A DNA stretch of 64,000 nt from the human T2T-CHM13v2.0 reference genome, Homo sapiens. The notes beneath the pieces are model-generated. The model had not been told where the DNA came from, made no database searches, and saw nothing but the letters and a program-made list of their open reading frames with translations. Every line of letters starts with the position of its first letter. Within the stretch, counting starts at the first letter, position 1. The stretch lies in NCBI RefSeq assembly GCF_009914755.1, contig NC_060926.1; one strand, given 5' to 3'. A program made the position numbers and the translations under genes. This document shows, one piece after another, positions 36,938-59,627 of the stretch.

Positions 36938-37436
36938 CTGTATTATCTATTGCTGTGTATCATGTTACCCTGAAATATAGCAACTTAATAAACGTGAAAA
37001 TTTATGTAGGTCAGAAATCTAAATGTAGCTTATTTGGGTACTTCTGGCTTAGGTTGTCTCAGAACGTTGCAAACAAGGTATTGGCTGCAAATGTGGTCTC
37101 ATCACAGGGCTTGCCTGAGAGGATATGCTTCCAGCCTCACTCACATGGCCATGGCTTTGGCCAGAGACATGGGCTTTTTGATTCTATAAGGCACTCATAA
37201 TATGACACCTAAGCTTCCCTTAGTGAGGCAGTGAGAGGGCAAGAGAGGGTGCCCAAAACAAAAGCCACAGTCTTTTTGTAACCTACCCTTGGATGTGTCA
37301 TCTCGTCACCTCTGCCACATTCTCTTCAGTAGAAATGAGTCACTGTCTAAAGCTCTCACCCAAGGGTTGGGAATTCCACAAGGTCCTGAATACCAGGAGG
37401 TAGATGTCATTGGGGGATATGTTAGAGGTTGTCCAT
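36938..37436 (-). mobile_element. MaLR LTR (MLT1F/G/H-like) inserted in an old L1
   Basis: tgtattatctattgctgtgta...gaataccaggaggtag...ttagaggttgtcc. Confidence 0.65.
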
Positions 37437-40180
<2,744 letters not shown>

Positions 40181-40373
40181 GTGATTGGGTTGGCAATACT
40201 TTCCTTTCAGCACTTAAAAAATATGCTCCTTCCTTCTGGATTCCATGGTTTCTGGCAAAAAATTCATAGTCATTTGAGTCATTGTTTTCTATGTAAGAAC
40301 AATGTGTTATTTTTCTCTGATTATTTTAATTTTTTTCCAGCACATTGATTATGCTTCTAGATATGGGTTTCTT

Positions 40374-40966
40374 CTTTTTTTTAATTTTTAAATTTTCATT
40401 TCAGTAGTTTTTGGGATAAAGGTTGTTTTGGTTACATGGATAAGTTCTTTAGTGGTGATTTCTGAGATTTTAGTGCACCCATCACCCGAGTAGTATGCAC
40501 ACCATACCCAATATGTAGTTTTTTTAAGCCCATAGGTTTACAGGCATACCTCAGATATATTGCAGGTTCAGTTCCAGACCACTGCAATAAAGCCGGTCAC
40601 CTAAATTTTTTGGCTTCCCAGTGCATGTACAAGTTATGTTAACACTATACTGTACTCTATGAAGTGTATAATAGCGTTATGTCTAAAAAAATGTACCTAC
40701 CTTAATTTAAAAATTGTCGTTGGTTGATGGGCACTTAGGTTTTTATGAGTTACTTCACTTAGAATAATGGCCTCCAGCTCCATCAAAGTTACTGCAAAAG
40801 ACATTATTTCATTCCTTTTTATGGCTGAGTAGTATTCCGTGGTGTATATATACCACATTTTCTTTATCTACTCATTGGTTGATGGGCATTTAGGTTTTTA
40901 TGTCTTTGCAGTTGCAAATTGTGCTGCTGTACAAGTGTGTGCACGTGTCTTTTTAATGTCTTCTTT
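40374..40966 (-). mobile_element. 5'-truncated L1PB/old-L1PA 3' end with an internal complex insertion
   Basis: L1 3'UTR motifs; degenerate 19-bp TSD ttctagatatgggtttctt (40355-40373) / ttctaggtatagatttctt (40967-40985). Confidence 0.8.
40541..40715 (-). mobile_element. Second, duplicated copy of the Tigger1 end
   Basis: About 90% identical by eye to 41036-41209, including the same flank (ttttaagccYataggttta). Confidence 0.85.
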
Positions 40967-41035
40967 TTCTAGGTATAGATTTCTTTGGTACATCTTGTTT
41001 GGGGTTTGCTGAGTTTTTTTAAGCCTATAGGTTTA

Positions 41036-41350
41036 CAGGCATACCTCAGATATATTGCAGGTTCAGTTCCAGACCACTGCAATAAAGCCGATCACATGAA
41101 TTTTTTGGTTTCCCAGTGATAATACAAGTGATGTTTACACTATACTGTACTCTATTAAGTGTATAATAGTGTCATGTCTAAAAAAAGTACATACCTTAAT
41201 TTAAAAATTCTTTATTGTTTAAAAATGCTAACAATTATTTGAACCTTCAGTGAGTTACTTTTTGCTGGTGGCAGTCTTACCTTGATGTTGGTGGCTGCTA
41301 ACTGCTCTGGGTGGTGATTGCTAAAGATTGAGGTGGCTGTAGAAATTTCT
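41036..41350 (-). mobile_element. Tigger1 terminal fragment
   Basis: TA followed by CAGGCATACCTCAGATATATTGCAGGTTCAGTTCCAGACCACTGCAATAAAG, the Tigger1 terminal repeat end. Confidence 0.88.
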
Positions 41351-42676
41351 TTTTTTTTTTCTTTTTAATTTTCATTGGTACATAGTAGGTGTATATGTTT
41401 ATGGGTACATGAGATGTTTGATACAAGCATGCAGTGTGAAATAAGGACATTGTGAAGAATGGGGTACATCCCTTCAAGCATTTTTATCCATTGAGTTGCA
41501 AACAATGCAATTACACTAAGTTATTTTAAAATGTACAGTCATTATTTACTATAGTCACCCTTTTGTGTTACATAGTAGGTCTTATTCATTCTTTCTATTT
41601 TGTGTGTGTGTGTGTGTGTGCCCATTAACCATCCCCATCTCTCCCCAAACCCCTCACTACCTTTCTCAGCCTCTGGTAACCATCCTTCTACTCTCTATGT
41701 CCATGAGTTCAATTGTTTGGATTTTTAGATTCCACAAATAAGTGACAACATGCAGTGTTTGTCTTTTTATGCCTGGTTTATTTCATTTAACGTAATGATC
41801 TCTAGTTCCATCCATATTGTTGTAAATGACTGGATCTCATCATTTTCTATGTCTGAATAGTACTCCACTGTGTATATGTACCACATTTTCTTACCCATCT
41901 ATTGATGGACACATAGGCTGCTTCCGAATCTTAGCTTACCACAAACACTGCTGCAACAAACATGGGATTGCATTGAAACTGTAGATTGCTTTTGAGTAAC
42001 AAAATCAGTCTTCCATATACTGATTTCCTTTCTTTTGGGTATATACTCAGCAGTGGGATTGCTGGATCATATTGTAGCTCAGTTTTTAGTTTTTTTAAGG
42101 AACCTCCAAACTATTCTCCTTAGCAATTGCACTAATTTACATTCCAAGCAATAGTATACAAGGGTTCCCTTTTCTCCACGTCTTCACCAGCATTTGTTAT
42201 TGCCTGTCTTTTCCATATAAGCCATTTTAACTGGGGTGAGATGATATCTCATTGTAGTTTTTAGTTTTAGTGTTTTGATTGGATTATTAGATTTTTTCCT
42301 ATGGAATTGTTTGAGCTCTTTATGTATTCTGGTTATTAATCCCTTGTGAGATGGGTAGTTTGCAGATATTCTCTTCCATTCTGTAGGTTGTCTTCTTCAC
42401 TTTATTGATTGTACCCTTTGCTGTAAAGAAGCTTTTTAATTTGATGTGATCCCATTTGTCCATTTTCGCTTTGGTTACCTGTGCTTGTGGGGTATTGCTC
42501 AAGAAATTTTTGCCCAGACCAATATCCTAAAGATTTTCCCTCATGTTTTTCTGTAGTAGTTTCATGATTTGAGGTCTTAGGTTTAAGTTTTTAATCCATT
42601 TTGATTTGATTTTTGTATATGGCGAAAGATATAGAGTTCTAGCTTCATTCTTCTGCATGTAAGTATCCAGTTTTCA
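41351..42676 (-). mobile_element. L1MA-like 3' fragment with an internal (TG)n
   Basis: ORF 42320-42502 ([25 protein letters not shown]) is an ORF2 homolog; 3'UTR motifs are present. Confidence 0.82.
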
Positions 42677-42754
42677 TTTATTTCTGCTGTTTTATAGTTT
42701 TTGTCAGGGAATTCTGATATCTCTTTTATCCTAGCCTTGGTGTCTGTTCCCATG

Positions 42755-43173
42755 TGATTTAGTTTTTATATTTGTCTCTTCAAAATCTCATATTGAAATT
42801 TGATCCCCAGCATTAGAGGTGGGACCTAAAGAGAGATGTTTGGGTTATGGGGGCAGATCCCTCATGAATGGCTCAGTGACCTCCCTGTGGTAATGAGTGA
42901 GTTCTGGCTCGTAGTTCACCCAAGAGCTGGTTGTTTAAAAAAGAATGACTCCCCTCCTCCCCACCTTCCACTTCTTTTCTCTTCCCGTGTGATGTGGGCT
43001 CTCCCCTTACACTTCTGCTGTGATTGGAAGCTTCCTGAGTTCCTCACCAGAAGCAGATGCTGGTCCCATGCTTCTTACACAGCCTGCAGAACTGTGAGCC
43101 AAACAAACCTTTTTACTTGGTAAATTACCCAGCCTCAAGTATTCCTTAATAGCAGTGCAAACAGACTAAGACA
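42755..43173 (+). mobile_element. MaLR solo LTR (MSTB-like)
   Basis: TG...aaatctcatattgaaatttgatcccc...gactaagaCA; 5-bp TSD ccatg / ccatt. Confidence 0.85.
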
Positions 43174-44019
43174 CCATTTGAGCTGAGATTTTTCTGGTTC
43201 TAAATATGATGAATAATTTTGGATTGTATTTCATAATGACGTGTTATGAAATGACAAGTCTTGTTTAAATGCCATAGAGAATGTTGATGTTTTTGTTTTA
43301 GCAGACAATGACCCAACTAGTTTCAGGTTAAAAATTCCAGCCAGCCTTCTGTAGGTTGTTGTTCCAAGTCCATTCAGTTTTCAAAGATTTTGCAGTGCTG
43401 TTCACATCTGTTGTCTGTGTGTGTGCCTAGTGGCCCTTTTCTAGGTACTTTTATCCCTTTTCTATGTACTTTCTGTGACTACATTGTGTCAGGGCTGAGT
43501 GGCACAGGACAGAAGGAGAAAAAGCCAACCAGGAGTGGTCACTCTTGAGACCACATTTCCTTTGGTGTAAGTTGAAGGTTTCCCTTCTTCAGAACTTTAG
43601 GCTCCTGCCAGCCTCTGTTACTGCTTGTACCATTGCCACCATGAGATTACTGGGATGCTATGACTAATATACAGAGATAAGGAAAAAGGGGATTCCACAC
43701 TCTATATAGAGTGTTGGGAGACCCTTCTTTCATTCCTGAAGCCTGAACTAGAAGGCTTCGCTGTGAAGTCTTTCTCTCTATGCTAATATCCACTTTTAGG
43801 TTTCAGGCTATATTGAGTTCAGGCCAAGGAATGACAGAGGAAACAAAAATGATGGCAAACTCATTACCATTTTGATGATATTTCAGATTTTATGATCTTC
43901 AATCTGCCTGCTTCTGTTATTTTCCACAGTCTTCCAATAGCTGCTCCATGTAGTCTATCTAGGTTTTATAGCTCATCTCATCTAGGATTAGATACGCTAA
44001 CCTGGAACTGGAACCACTT

Positions 44020-45800
44020 CTACTGTTTTTTGTTCCCATTAACTGCATATGTGAGTTTCAGTTATTCCACATCCTTGCCAACACTGGGTATTAACAGTTA
44101 TTTTTAATTTCACTCATTCTAAATGTGAGTATGAAACAGTATGGTATTGTAATTTTAATTTGTATTTCCATGATGACTAATGATGCTGAGCATCTTTTCT
44201 GTGTCTCTTGCCCATTTGCATGATTTTATTTATGAAGTATCTGTTCACTTTTATCCATTGGATTATTTGTCTCAGTATTATAGGAATTTTTATAATATAT
44301 TCCAGATACAAATCCTCTGTGTATTGTGAATATTTTCTCATAGTCTGTGGTGTGATTTTTGTTTTCTTAATGGTGTCTCTGGGGAACAGAAAGCTTTAAT
44401 TTTGATGAATTCCACTTTGGTAATTTTTTTTTAATGATTAGTACTTTTTTGTGTCCTGATTAAGAAATGTTGCCTAATCAAGTGTTGTAAAAGTTTTCTC
44501 CTGTATTTTCATGTAGAAATGTTATGGTCTTAACTTTGTGATCAAGTCTGTGATCTGTTTCCAAATTCTCCTTTGTGGTGTAAGTTATGCAGTTGAGGAT
44601 CATTTTCTTTCCTAGGAATATTCTAGCACCACTTTTCAAAAATGATTATTTCCTTATTGAAGTTAGTTGGAACCTTGGTCAAAATTAGTTGGCCTTATAT
44701 GTGTAAGTTTTAGAGTTTCTACTCTGTTTCTTTGTTCTTTTTATTTATCTTTACACCAGTACCACAATGTCTTGATTACTGTAGCTTTATAGTAAGTCTT
44801 GAAATCAGGTTATGTCCTCCAACCTTGTTTTTGTTTTCAAAATTATTTTTGCTATTTCAAGTCCTTTGCATTTTCATACAAATTTTAGAATAAGCATACT
44901 GGGATTTTTTTGGGGATTGTATGGAATCTGTAGATCAATTTTGTAGATTGACATTTGAATTTTCAGTCTTCCTATGCATGAACATGGTGAGATTTTTCTT
45001 CCCCACTTATTTAAGTCATCTTTAATGTCCCCCGGTGACATATTGTAATTTTCGTTGTGTAGATTTTACACATCTACTAAATATATTCCTAAGTAGTTAA
45101 TATACTATGGTATATGGCATTTTAAAATTTAAGTTTTCTCATTGTTCATTGCTTATATATAGAAATACTGTTGTCATGCCAATTTGTAGGTCCCAACAAG
45201 TTAATTTTAATTTTAATTTATTATTCTTTGGGTCAGAGCTTTCATGCCTACTGTGGGATGTTTTAGGGCAATGAGTGCTGTAGAGAATTTATACAAGGCA
45301 AAAGTTCCAGTGGTTGACATATATCTATTTGTTCTCTGTTTTATGTTCAGTAACTCCTCTAAGATTTCAAGAGTTTCTTCTTTAAATTTACTGGGATCCT
45401 CAGGTATAAAGTCTATTCTTCATACATAATCATTTCACCAGAGAACAGAGCAGTTTTACTCCTTCCTTTGCAGTTCTCATGCCTTTTATTTCTTTTTCTT
45501 GCTTAATGCACTGGCTAGAACATTGAATATGATACCAAAACAAGTAGTAAAAGCAGACATCTTGCCCTGTTCCCTATTCCTGGAGGGCAGGAGAGTAGAG
45601 TAGTGTTTTGTCATTAAGTTTAATATTACCTGTAGATTTTTAATGGGTGCCTTTTATCAGCTTGAGGATGTTTTCTAAGTGAGTTTTATCATGAATGGGT
45701 GTTTAATTTTTCAGATGTTTTTCCTGATCTATGGATATGATCATACATGTTTTCTCCTTTTTTCTACTGATGTAGTGAATTACATTGGTCCAGTTGATCA
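44020..45800 (-). mobile_element. Old L1M ORF2 3' region
   Basis: ccagtaccacaatgtcttgattactgtagctttatagtaagtcttgaaatcagg and related motifs. Confidence 0.7.
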
Positions 45801-46176
45801 ACTGTATTGTTGAAATTGTCATCTTTACTGAATTTTTATCTGCTTGTTTAATCAGCATTTGAAAACAGCATACATCTCCAGTTATGTTTGTGTGTTTTCT
45901 GTTTCTCCTTTAGATCTTCTTTGGAGTATTTTGTGGGGAGGGGAACAATAACAAAGTTATAGAAAAGGTAAATATGGCACAAGGAACTTCTCTTTCTCCT
46001 TAGTTATTTGGGAATACGTTGTTGACCTGCTGCACAATCACTTTCGTGTAATATAGTCTCATTTCCTATAAAAGGACATTCTCCTATAGGACCACAATAA
46101 AACCATGAGAATTAGGAAATTCATACTAGTGCATTACAGACATTATTTAGATTTCTCCAGTTCTCCCAGTAATGTC

Positions 46177-46838
46177 TTTTTTTTTATTTTTATTTTTTTA
46201 TAACACTTTAAGTTTTAGGGTACATGTGCACAATGTGCAGGTTAGTTACATGTGTATACATGTGCCATGCTGGTGTGCTGCACCCATTAACTCGTCATTT
46301 AGCATTAGGTATATCTCCTAATGCTATCCCTCCCCCCTTCCCCGACCCCACAACAGTCCCCAGAGTGTGATGTTCCCCTTCCTGTGTCCATGTGTTCTCA
46401 TTGTTCAATTCCCACCTATGAGTGAGAATATGCAGTGTTTGGTTTTTTGTTCTTGCTATAGTTTACTGAGAATGATGATTTCCAATTTTATCCATGTCCC
46501 TACAAAGGACATGAACTCATCATTTTTTATGGCTGCATAGTATTCCATGGTGTATATGTGGCACATTTTCTTAATCCAGTCTATCGTTGTTGGACATTTG
46601 GGTTGGTTCCAAGTCTTTGCTGTTGTGAATAGTGCCGCAATAAACATACGTGTGCATGTGTCTTTATAGTAGAATGATTTATAATCCTTTGGGTATATAG
46701 CCAGTAATGGGATGGCTGGGTCAAATGGTATTTCTAGTTCTAGATCCCTGAGGAATCGCCACACTGACTTCCACAATGGTTGAACTAGTTTACAGTCCCA
46801 CCAACAGTGTAAAAGTGTTCCTATTTTTCCATGTCCTC
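46177..46838 (-). mobile_element. 5'-truncated L1PA3/4-type element (~660 bp), no clear TSD
   Basis: PolyT tail, 3'UTR, and ORF2 C-terminus (ORF 46456-46776). Confidence 0.92.
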
Positions 46839-46924
46839 TTTATCACTTTAAAACTCAATAAAGTTGTGGCTGTTAGGTGCCTTTATCATTTTAAAACTCA
46901 ATAAGGTTGTGGCTGTTAGGTACC
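46839..46924. repeat. 43-bp tandem duplication
   Basis: tttatcactttaaaactcaataaagttgtggctgttaggtgcc repeated twice with 3 mismatches. Confidence 0.92.
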
Positions 46925-47827
46925 TTTTCATCCCACAGTAGGCATGAAAGCTCTTAGGCACCTTAATACCCCAAACAAGATACTCTTTTCCCTTTTGTAA
47001 TTAAGTGTTTTATGGAAGGTATGTTTAAATTATGTAAACATCTTATTCATCAGCAAACTTACTTATTAATTTGTATCTGTACAGAATCTTCCTTATTTTA
47101 TTCAGTGAGTTATGATCAATTTCTACCTTTTTTCTTTTTAACTTGTTATTTGAAAATACATATAGACTCACAAGAAAAATATGTGACTCACAAGAGGTTA
47201 CAAAAATAGCCAAGGGAGGTCCCCACTCAGCTTCCCCATTGATAATGTCCTTACATAACTATAATGCATTATCAAAACCAGTAAATTGATATTGGCACAA
47301 TACAGTCAAGTGGACTACAGACGCTAATCAGATTTCACAAGTTTTTGCATGCACTCAGTTATTCTAATGCATATATGTGTAATTCTGTAAAATTTAAACA
47401 CATGTATAGCTTTATGTAACCGCCATCATAATCAAGATACAGAAGTGCTCTGTCACTGTGAAGGAATTCCCTTGTGCCTTCCCTTTTCTAGTCACACCCT
47501 GTTCCCTCAAGCCAGCCTTCTTTAACCCCTGAAAGCCAGTGATCTGTTTTTCTACTGTATAATTTTGTCATTTTGAGAAGTTATATAGATGGAATCCAAC
47601 ATGTTACATAGATGGAACATAACATGTAAACTTTGAGATGTGTTCTTCTTACTCAGCATACTCACCTGGAGATCCATTCAACTTGTGTGTATCAGTAGTT
47701 AATTTCTTTGTATTGGTCAGCATTCCATTATTTGGAATTTATACAGTATGTTTATCCATTCACCTGTTGAAGGACATTGTTTCCAATGCTTATTACTAAT
47801 AAAGCTGTTATGAACATTCATGTACTT

Positions 47828-54722
<6,895 letters not shown>

Positions 54723-54769
54723 TCATGTACTTGTTATTACATGACCATAAGTTTTTTATTTCTCTATGA

Positions 54770-54976
54770 CAGTGGGTCTCAACTAGGAGTGATTTTACCT
54801 CTCAGGGAACATGGGAAATGTCTGAAGACATTTTTGATTGTAATGACTAGGAAAGAAATGCTACTGGTGTCTAGTAAATAAAACATAGAGGTGCTGTGGA
54901 ATATCCTAGAATGCACAAGACAGTCCTCCACAACAAAGAATTGTTTCAAAATGTCAGTGCTGAGGTTGAGAAACTG
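54770..54976 (+). mobile_element. MER20 hAT DNA transposon
   Basis: CAGTGGGTCTCAAC...GAGGTTGAGAAACTG ends; degenerate 8-bp TSD ctctatga / cactagga. Confidence 0.82.
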
Positions 54977-55149
54977 CACTAGGATTAAGACCCAGGAGTG
55001 TGATTATTGAGTTGTACGTAAGTATATGTTTAATTTTATAGGAAACTGCCAGAGTGTTTTCCAGAGTGGTTATAACATTTTGCATTTCCAATAACAATGT
55101 GTGAGAGATCAAGTTCCTCCACATCCTCATCAGCATTTATACTGTCAGT

Positions 55150-55471
<322 letters not shown>

Positions 55472-55759
55472 ACTGTCAGATTTTTTTTTTTTTTAATTTA
55501 GCCTTCCTGATTGGTATATAGGGGTTATCTCATTATTGCTTTAATTTGCATTTCTCTACTACTGACAATGAACATTTTTAATATGCCCATTTACTATCTA
55601 TATGTTTTCTATTAAAATTGTTTTGCTCATTTTCTAATTGCATTTTTTTTACTGTTGAATTTAGAGAATCTTTATATATTCTGGATACAAATTCTTTATT
55701 AGATTTCAGACTTGCAAATTTTTACATTGTACAAAACCAAGTTTTCTTATTCTATTTAT

Positions 55760-57065
55760 TGTTACTATTGTAATTTGTTTTGATGCTCAAAATACAGATT
55801 TGGTGGCCGGTGGCAGCCCCTTCAAGCTGGCTCTATATCCTTTTTGTATGTCCCCGTCATCTTTTGATCATGTCTTTGCTTTCTGGCACAAGATATTTCA
55901 GGCTCATCTTATACTTTTCTTTCTCCAGCTCTGGAATCAACTACTTCTCCAAGAAGCCTGTTCTTCCAGTGGAATGTGCTATTTAGAGGTTAGGATTTAA
56001 ACACTAGGCATATGTGTTGCTCCCAGCCCTACACTTATTTACATTAATATTTATTTCTCTATCTGTATATATTAAAAACCATATGTTCATCTCATTTTTT
56101 ACTTTTTTCTTTGTTTTTGTAACTTTCATATCTAATAGTGAGTAACCTCACTTCCAGTGTGCTTTATATAACGAATTCTCTCATTTCTTGCCAACCTCTC
56201 CCCAGCAAGGATGACCCTAACGCTCCACTTGGATTCAAACACTTTATTGTCTGTCTCCTTGGGTGGATGCTCTTTTCACCCTGCTTGGGCTTTGGCATTC
56301 CATGCTAGACCACTCCTCAACATGTATAGCACCCCTCCCTACTTGGTCTCTGACTTCCCTGTGTCAGAATGCTCATCACCCTCAACGTATGGACACTCTC
56401 CCCACCCCACGTAGGTTCTGACTCCCCATGCTGAACTACCCCCTCACATGGATTTCTTCCTCATGCTGCATAGGCTCATGACACCTCACATTGGTCTCCC
56501 TCTACTTGGATGCCCTCATCTTGTTTAGGATTTGACTCAAGATGTCAGGCTACGCCATTTAGACAGCCTCCTCACTCAGGTTCTGACATTCAAGGTCAGA
56601 CTGACTCCTGTCACCCTGCTTGAGTAGTGACTCACCACACTGCCCTTACCCTGTATGACACCCTTCTCATCCTGCAGGAAATCTGACTTCCCAGCCTAGG
56701 CTATCTCTCTGTGTAGGTATTTTCCTTCTCTACTGCAGCTCTGCCACTCCATGTAAGGCCACCCCAGTGTGGAGACACCTACCTCATTCTGCTTGGGCTC
56801 TAACTCCACATGTCTGGTGGACCTCCCTCTTCATGGAAGCCCTCCATATCCTGATTTGGTGCTTTTATTGCACACTAAGCCACACGTCTGCAGAGACTGT
56901 CTTCTTGCCCTGCTTGAATTCTAATACTCTGTGCTAGGACACTTCTTTACATGGGCACCTTCCTTACCCTAATGAGATTCTGATACCTTGCTCTGGCCCG
57001 TTGTCACTCCATTTGCTACAGATTCCCGCCTTGTTCTGCCTACCTAATGGTTTTAAGATTGTATT
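55760..57065 (-). mobile_element. Old L1MC-like 3' region containing a degenerate tandem array
   Basis: Flanks are homologous to 2700-3240 and 38190-38950. Confidence 0.6.
56208..57000. repeat. Degenerate ~58-bp tandem array, about 14 units
   Basis: A recurring GGAYRCCYTCCTCACCCTGCTTGGGCTCTGACWCC-like core at a 42-67 bp spacing. Confidence 0.75.
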
Positions 57066-58599
57066 GTTTGGGATGGGAAAGATAAAAGAAAGGGAGAATA
57101 GAAACACAGGAGAGGGGAAAGAGAATAGGAAGCTTATTTTTTGTTACTTTGTGATTAATATATCTTTTCTCTCCTTTTACTTTCAACCTATCTGTGACCT
57201 CACAGTAAAGTGCATCACTTGTCAATGTCATATGGTTGAATGTTATTCATTTTTAATCTTGTCTGTTAATCTTTATCTTATAACTGAGATATTTAGTTCA
57301 TTTACATTTAATATAATTATTGAGCTAGTTGATTTTGCTATCCTCTATTATTTTAGATTAATTAATTATTTTTATTCCATGCTATTTTCTCTATTGGCTT
57401 CTTTTACTTTTTTTTCTTTTAGTGGTTATTCTAGAGATTATAATATACTTCCTTGACTGTATAGTTTACCTTAAATTAGTACTTTTTTCGCTTTATGAGC
57501 AGCAAAGTATCTTAGGACAGTTGAACTCTATTTACTCACTCCTCCTATTTGTGCTTTTGTTGTCATATATTTCTGTTCTACATGTTCTGAATCCCACAGG
57601 ACATTATTATTGTTGCTTTGAACAAACAACATTCTTTTCCATATATATGTATATAAGAAATATAAAGCAACGTAAAATATGTATATATACACAAGAGTGT
57701 ATGTATGTATATGTACATGTATATATTTACATACACACATCCTTTAAGTGTTCTGCATTCTTTCTAGCAGTTCTGTACTATGTTGGATCATTTTCCTTCA
57801 GCCTAAAAAATTTCCTTTAGTATTTCCTGAAGTCTTCTGGGGATTATCTTAGTTTTTATTTGTTTGGTTTAAGAAATGTATTTCAGTTGGTTATAGAATT
57901 GTAGGTTTTTATTTCAGCACTTTAAAGAGCTACTATCTTTGTTGAAAGGCCAAGTGTCGTTCTTATTTTTGCACCTTTGATTTTCAGCAGTTTGGCTTTG
58001 ATGCCCCAAGAGTTGGTTTTTCTTAGTATTACTTTGTGTTCACTGAGCTTCTTAACTCAGTAGATTAAGTCTTCTACCTGTTTTGGAAAATTCTTACCCA
58101 TTAACTCATAAATATTGTTTCTGCACTCTTCCCTCTTCTCCTAGGAGTAAGATTACACATGTATTGGATTATATGACTGTGCCCCGTGAGTCTCTTATGC
58201 TGTCATCCGTTCGTTCTTTTTATGTTTGGCAGTTTTCTGTAGACTTTTTGAATTTACAAATTATTTTTACACAGTGTCTATTTGCTTCTACTACAGTTGA
58301 ATCAGATTTTAGATAATGTATTTTTATTCTGAAATATTCATTTCTTTTTTTAATAGATTGTAGTTTTCTGTTGAGATTTTCCATATTTTATCTATTTCCC
58401 TTTATCTTTTGCTCTCAATATATTAATAACCATTTTGAAGTCTTTTTGTGCTAACTAGTAGCTAAATCCCCTGTAAATCAGTTTTTCTTGTCTATTTTTT
58501 CCTCTCAATTTTTGATCATTTTTTCCTGCTTCATATGTTACATAATGTTTTGTGTGTTGGATATTGTAAATAAGAGGATAATAGAGATTGAGGGTATTT

Positions 58600-58855
58600 G
58601 CATCTAGAGGGACTAGAAAAACAAGAGCAAGCCAACCCCAAAGCTAACAGAAGAAAATAAATAACGAAAATTAGAGCTGAACTGTATGAAATTGAGATGC
58701 GAAAATCCATACAAAAGATTAACTAAACCAAAAGTTGATTCTTCCAAAGAATAAACAAGATTGACAGACCACTAACTAAATTGTTAAAGAAAAAAGAAGA
58801 CAAAATAAGTACAATCAGAAATGACAAAGGTGACATTATCACTGACTCCACAGAA

Positions 58856-58898
<43 letters not shown>

Positions 58899-59627
58899 CA
58901 GAGACTATTATGAACACCTATTCACACACAAACTAGGAAACCTAGAAGAAATGGATAAATTCCTGGAAATATACAATCTCCCAAGATTGAGCCAGGAAGA
59001 AATGGAAATCATGAACAGACCAATAATGAGTTCTGAAATTGAGTCAGTAATAAAAAACTTCTTCACGACAAAAGAAACCGTCAGCATAGTAAATGAACAA
59101 CGTACAGAATGGGACAAAATATTTGCAAACTGTGCATCCAACAAAGGTCTAATATCCAGAATCTGTAAGGAACTTAAGCAGTTCAACAAGCAAAGAACAA
59201 CCCTATTTAAAAAATGGGCAAAGGACATGAACAGACGCTTCTCAAAAGAAGACATACTTGCAGCCAACAAATATATGAAAAAATGTTCCACATTACTAAT
59301 CATTCAAGAAGTGCAAATGAAAACCACAATGAGATACCATCTCATGTTAGTCAGAATGTCTATTAATAAAAAGTAAAAAAAATAACAGGTGTTGGTGAGG
59401 TTGCAGAAGAAAGGGAAGGCTTGTACACTGTTGGTGGGAACATAACATAGTTCAGCCACTGGGGAAAACTGTGGAGATTCCTTAAAGAGCTTAAAACAGA
59501 ACTACCATTCAACTCAGCAGTCCCATTACTGGGTATATACCCAAAACAAAATAAATCATTCTACTGAAAAAACACATATAATCAATATCATATTATTGCT
59601 ATTCACAATAGCAAAGACATGGAATAC
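58600..59627 (+). mobile_element. Internal L1PB/L1PA ORF2 fragment with a ~1.7-kb deletion and an embedded (CA)n
   Basis: ORF 58951-59376 joins ...SEIESVIKNF to FTTKETVSIVN; (CA)n at 58858-58894; no polyA tail. Confidence 0.85.

Noticed and set aside
56208-57000. CRISPR-like repeat-spacer array
   Set aside because: The context is a eukaryotic intron, the units are degenerate along their whole length with no constant repeat and unique spacer, and there are no cas genes.
57001-57820. 151-aa and 132-aa hydrophobic ORFs as membrane proteins
   Set aside because: T-rich antisense old-L1 and low-complexity sequence gives Phe/Leu/Ile-rich frames; the starts are non-ATG and there is no splice or homology support.
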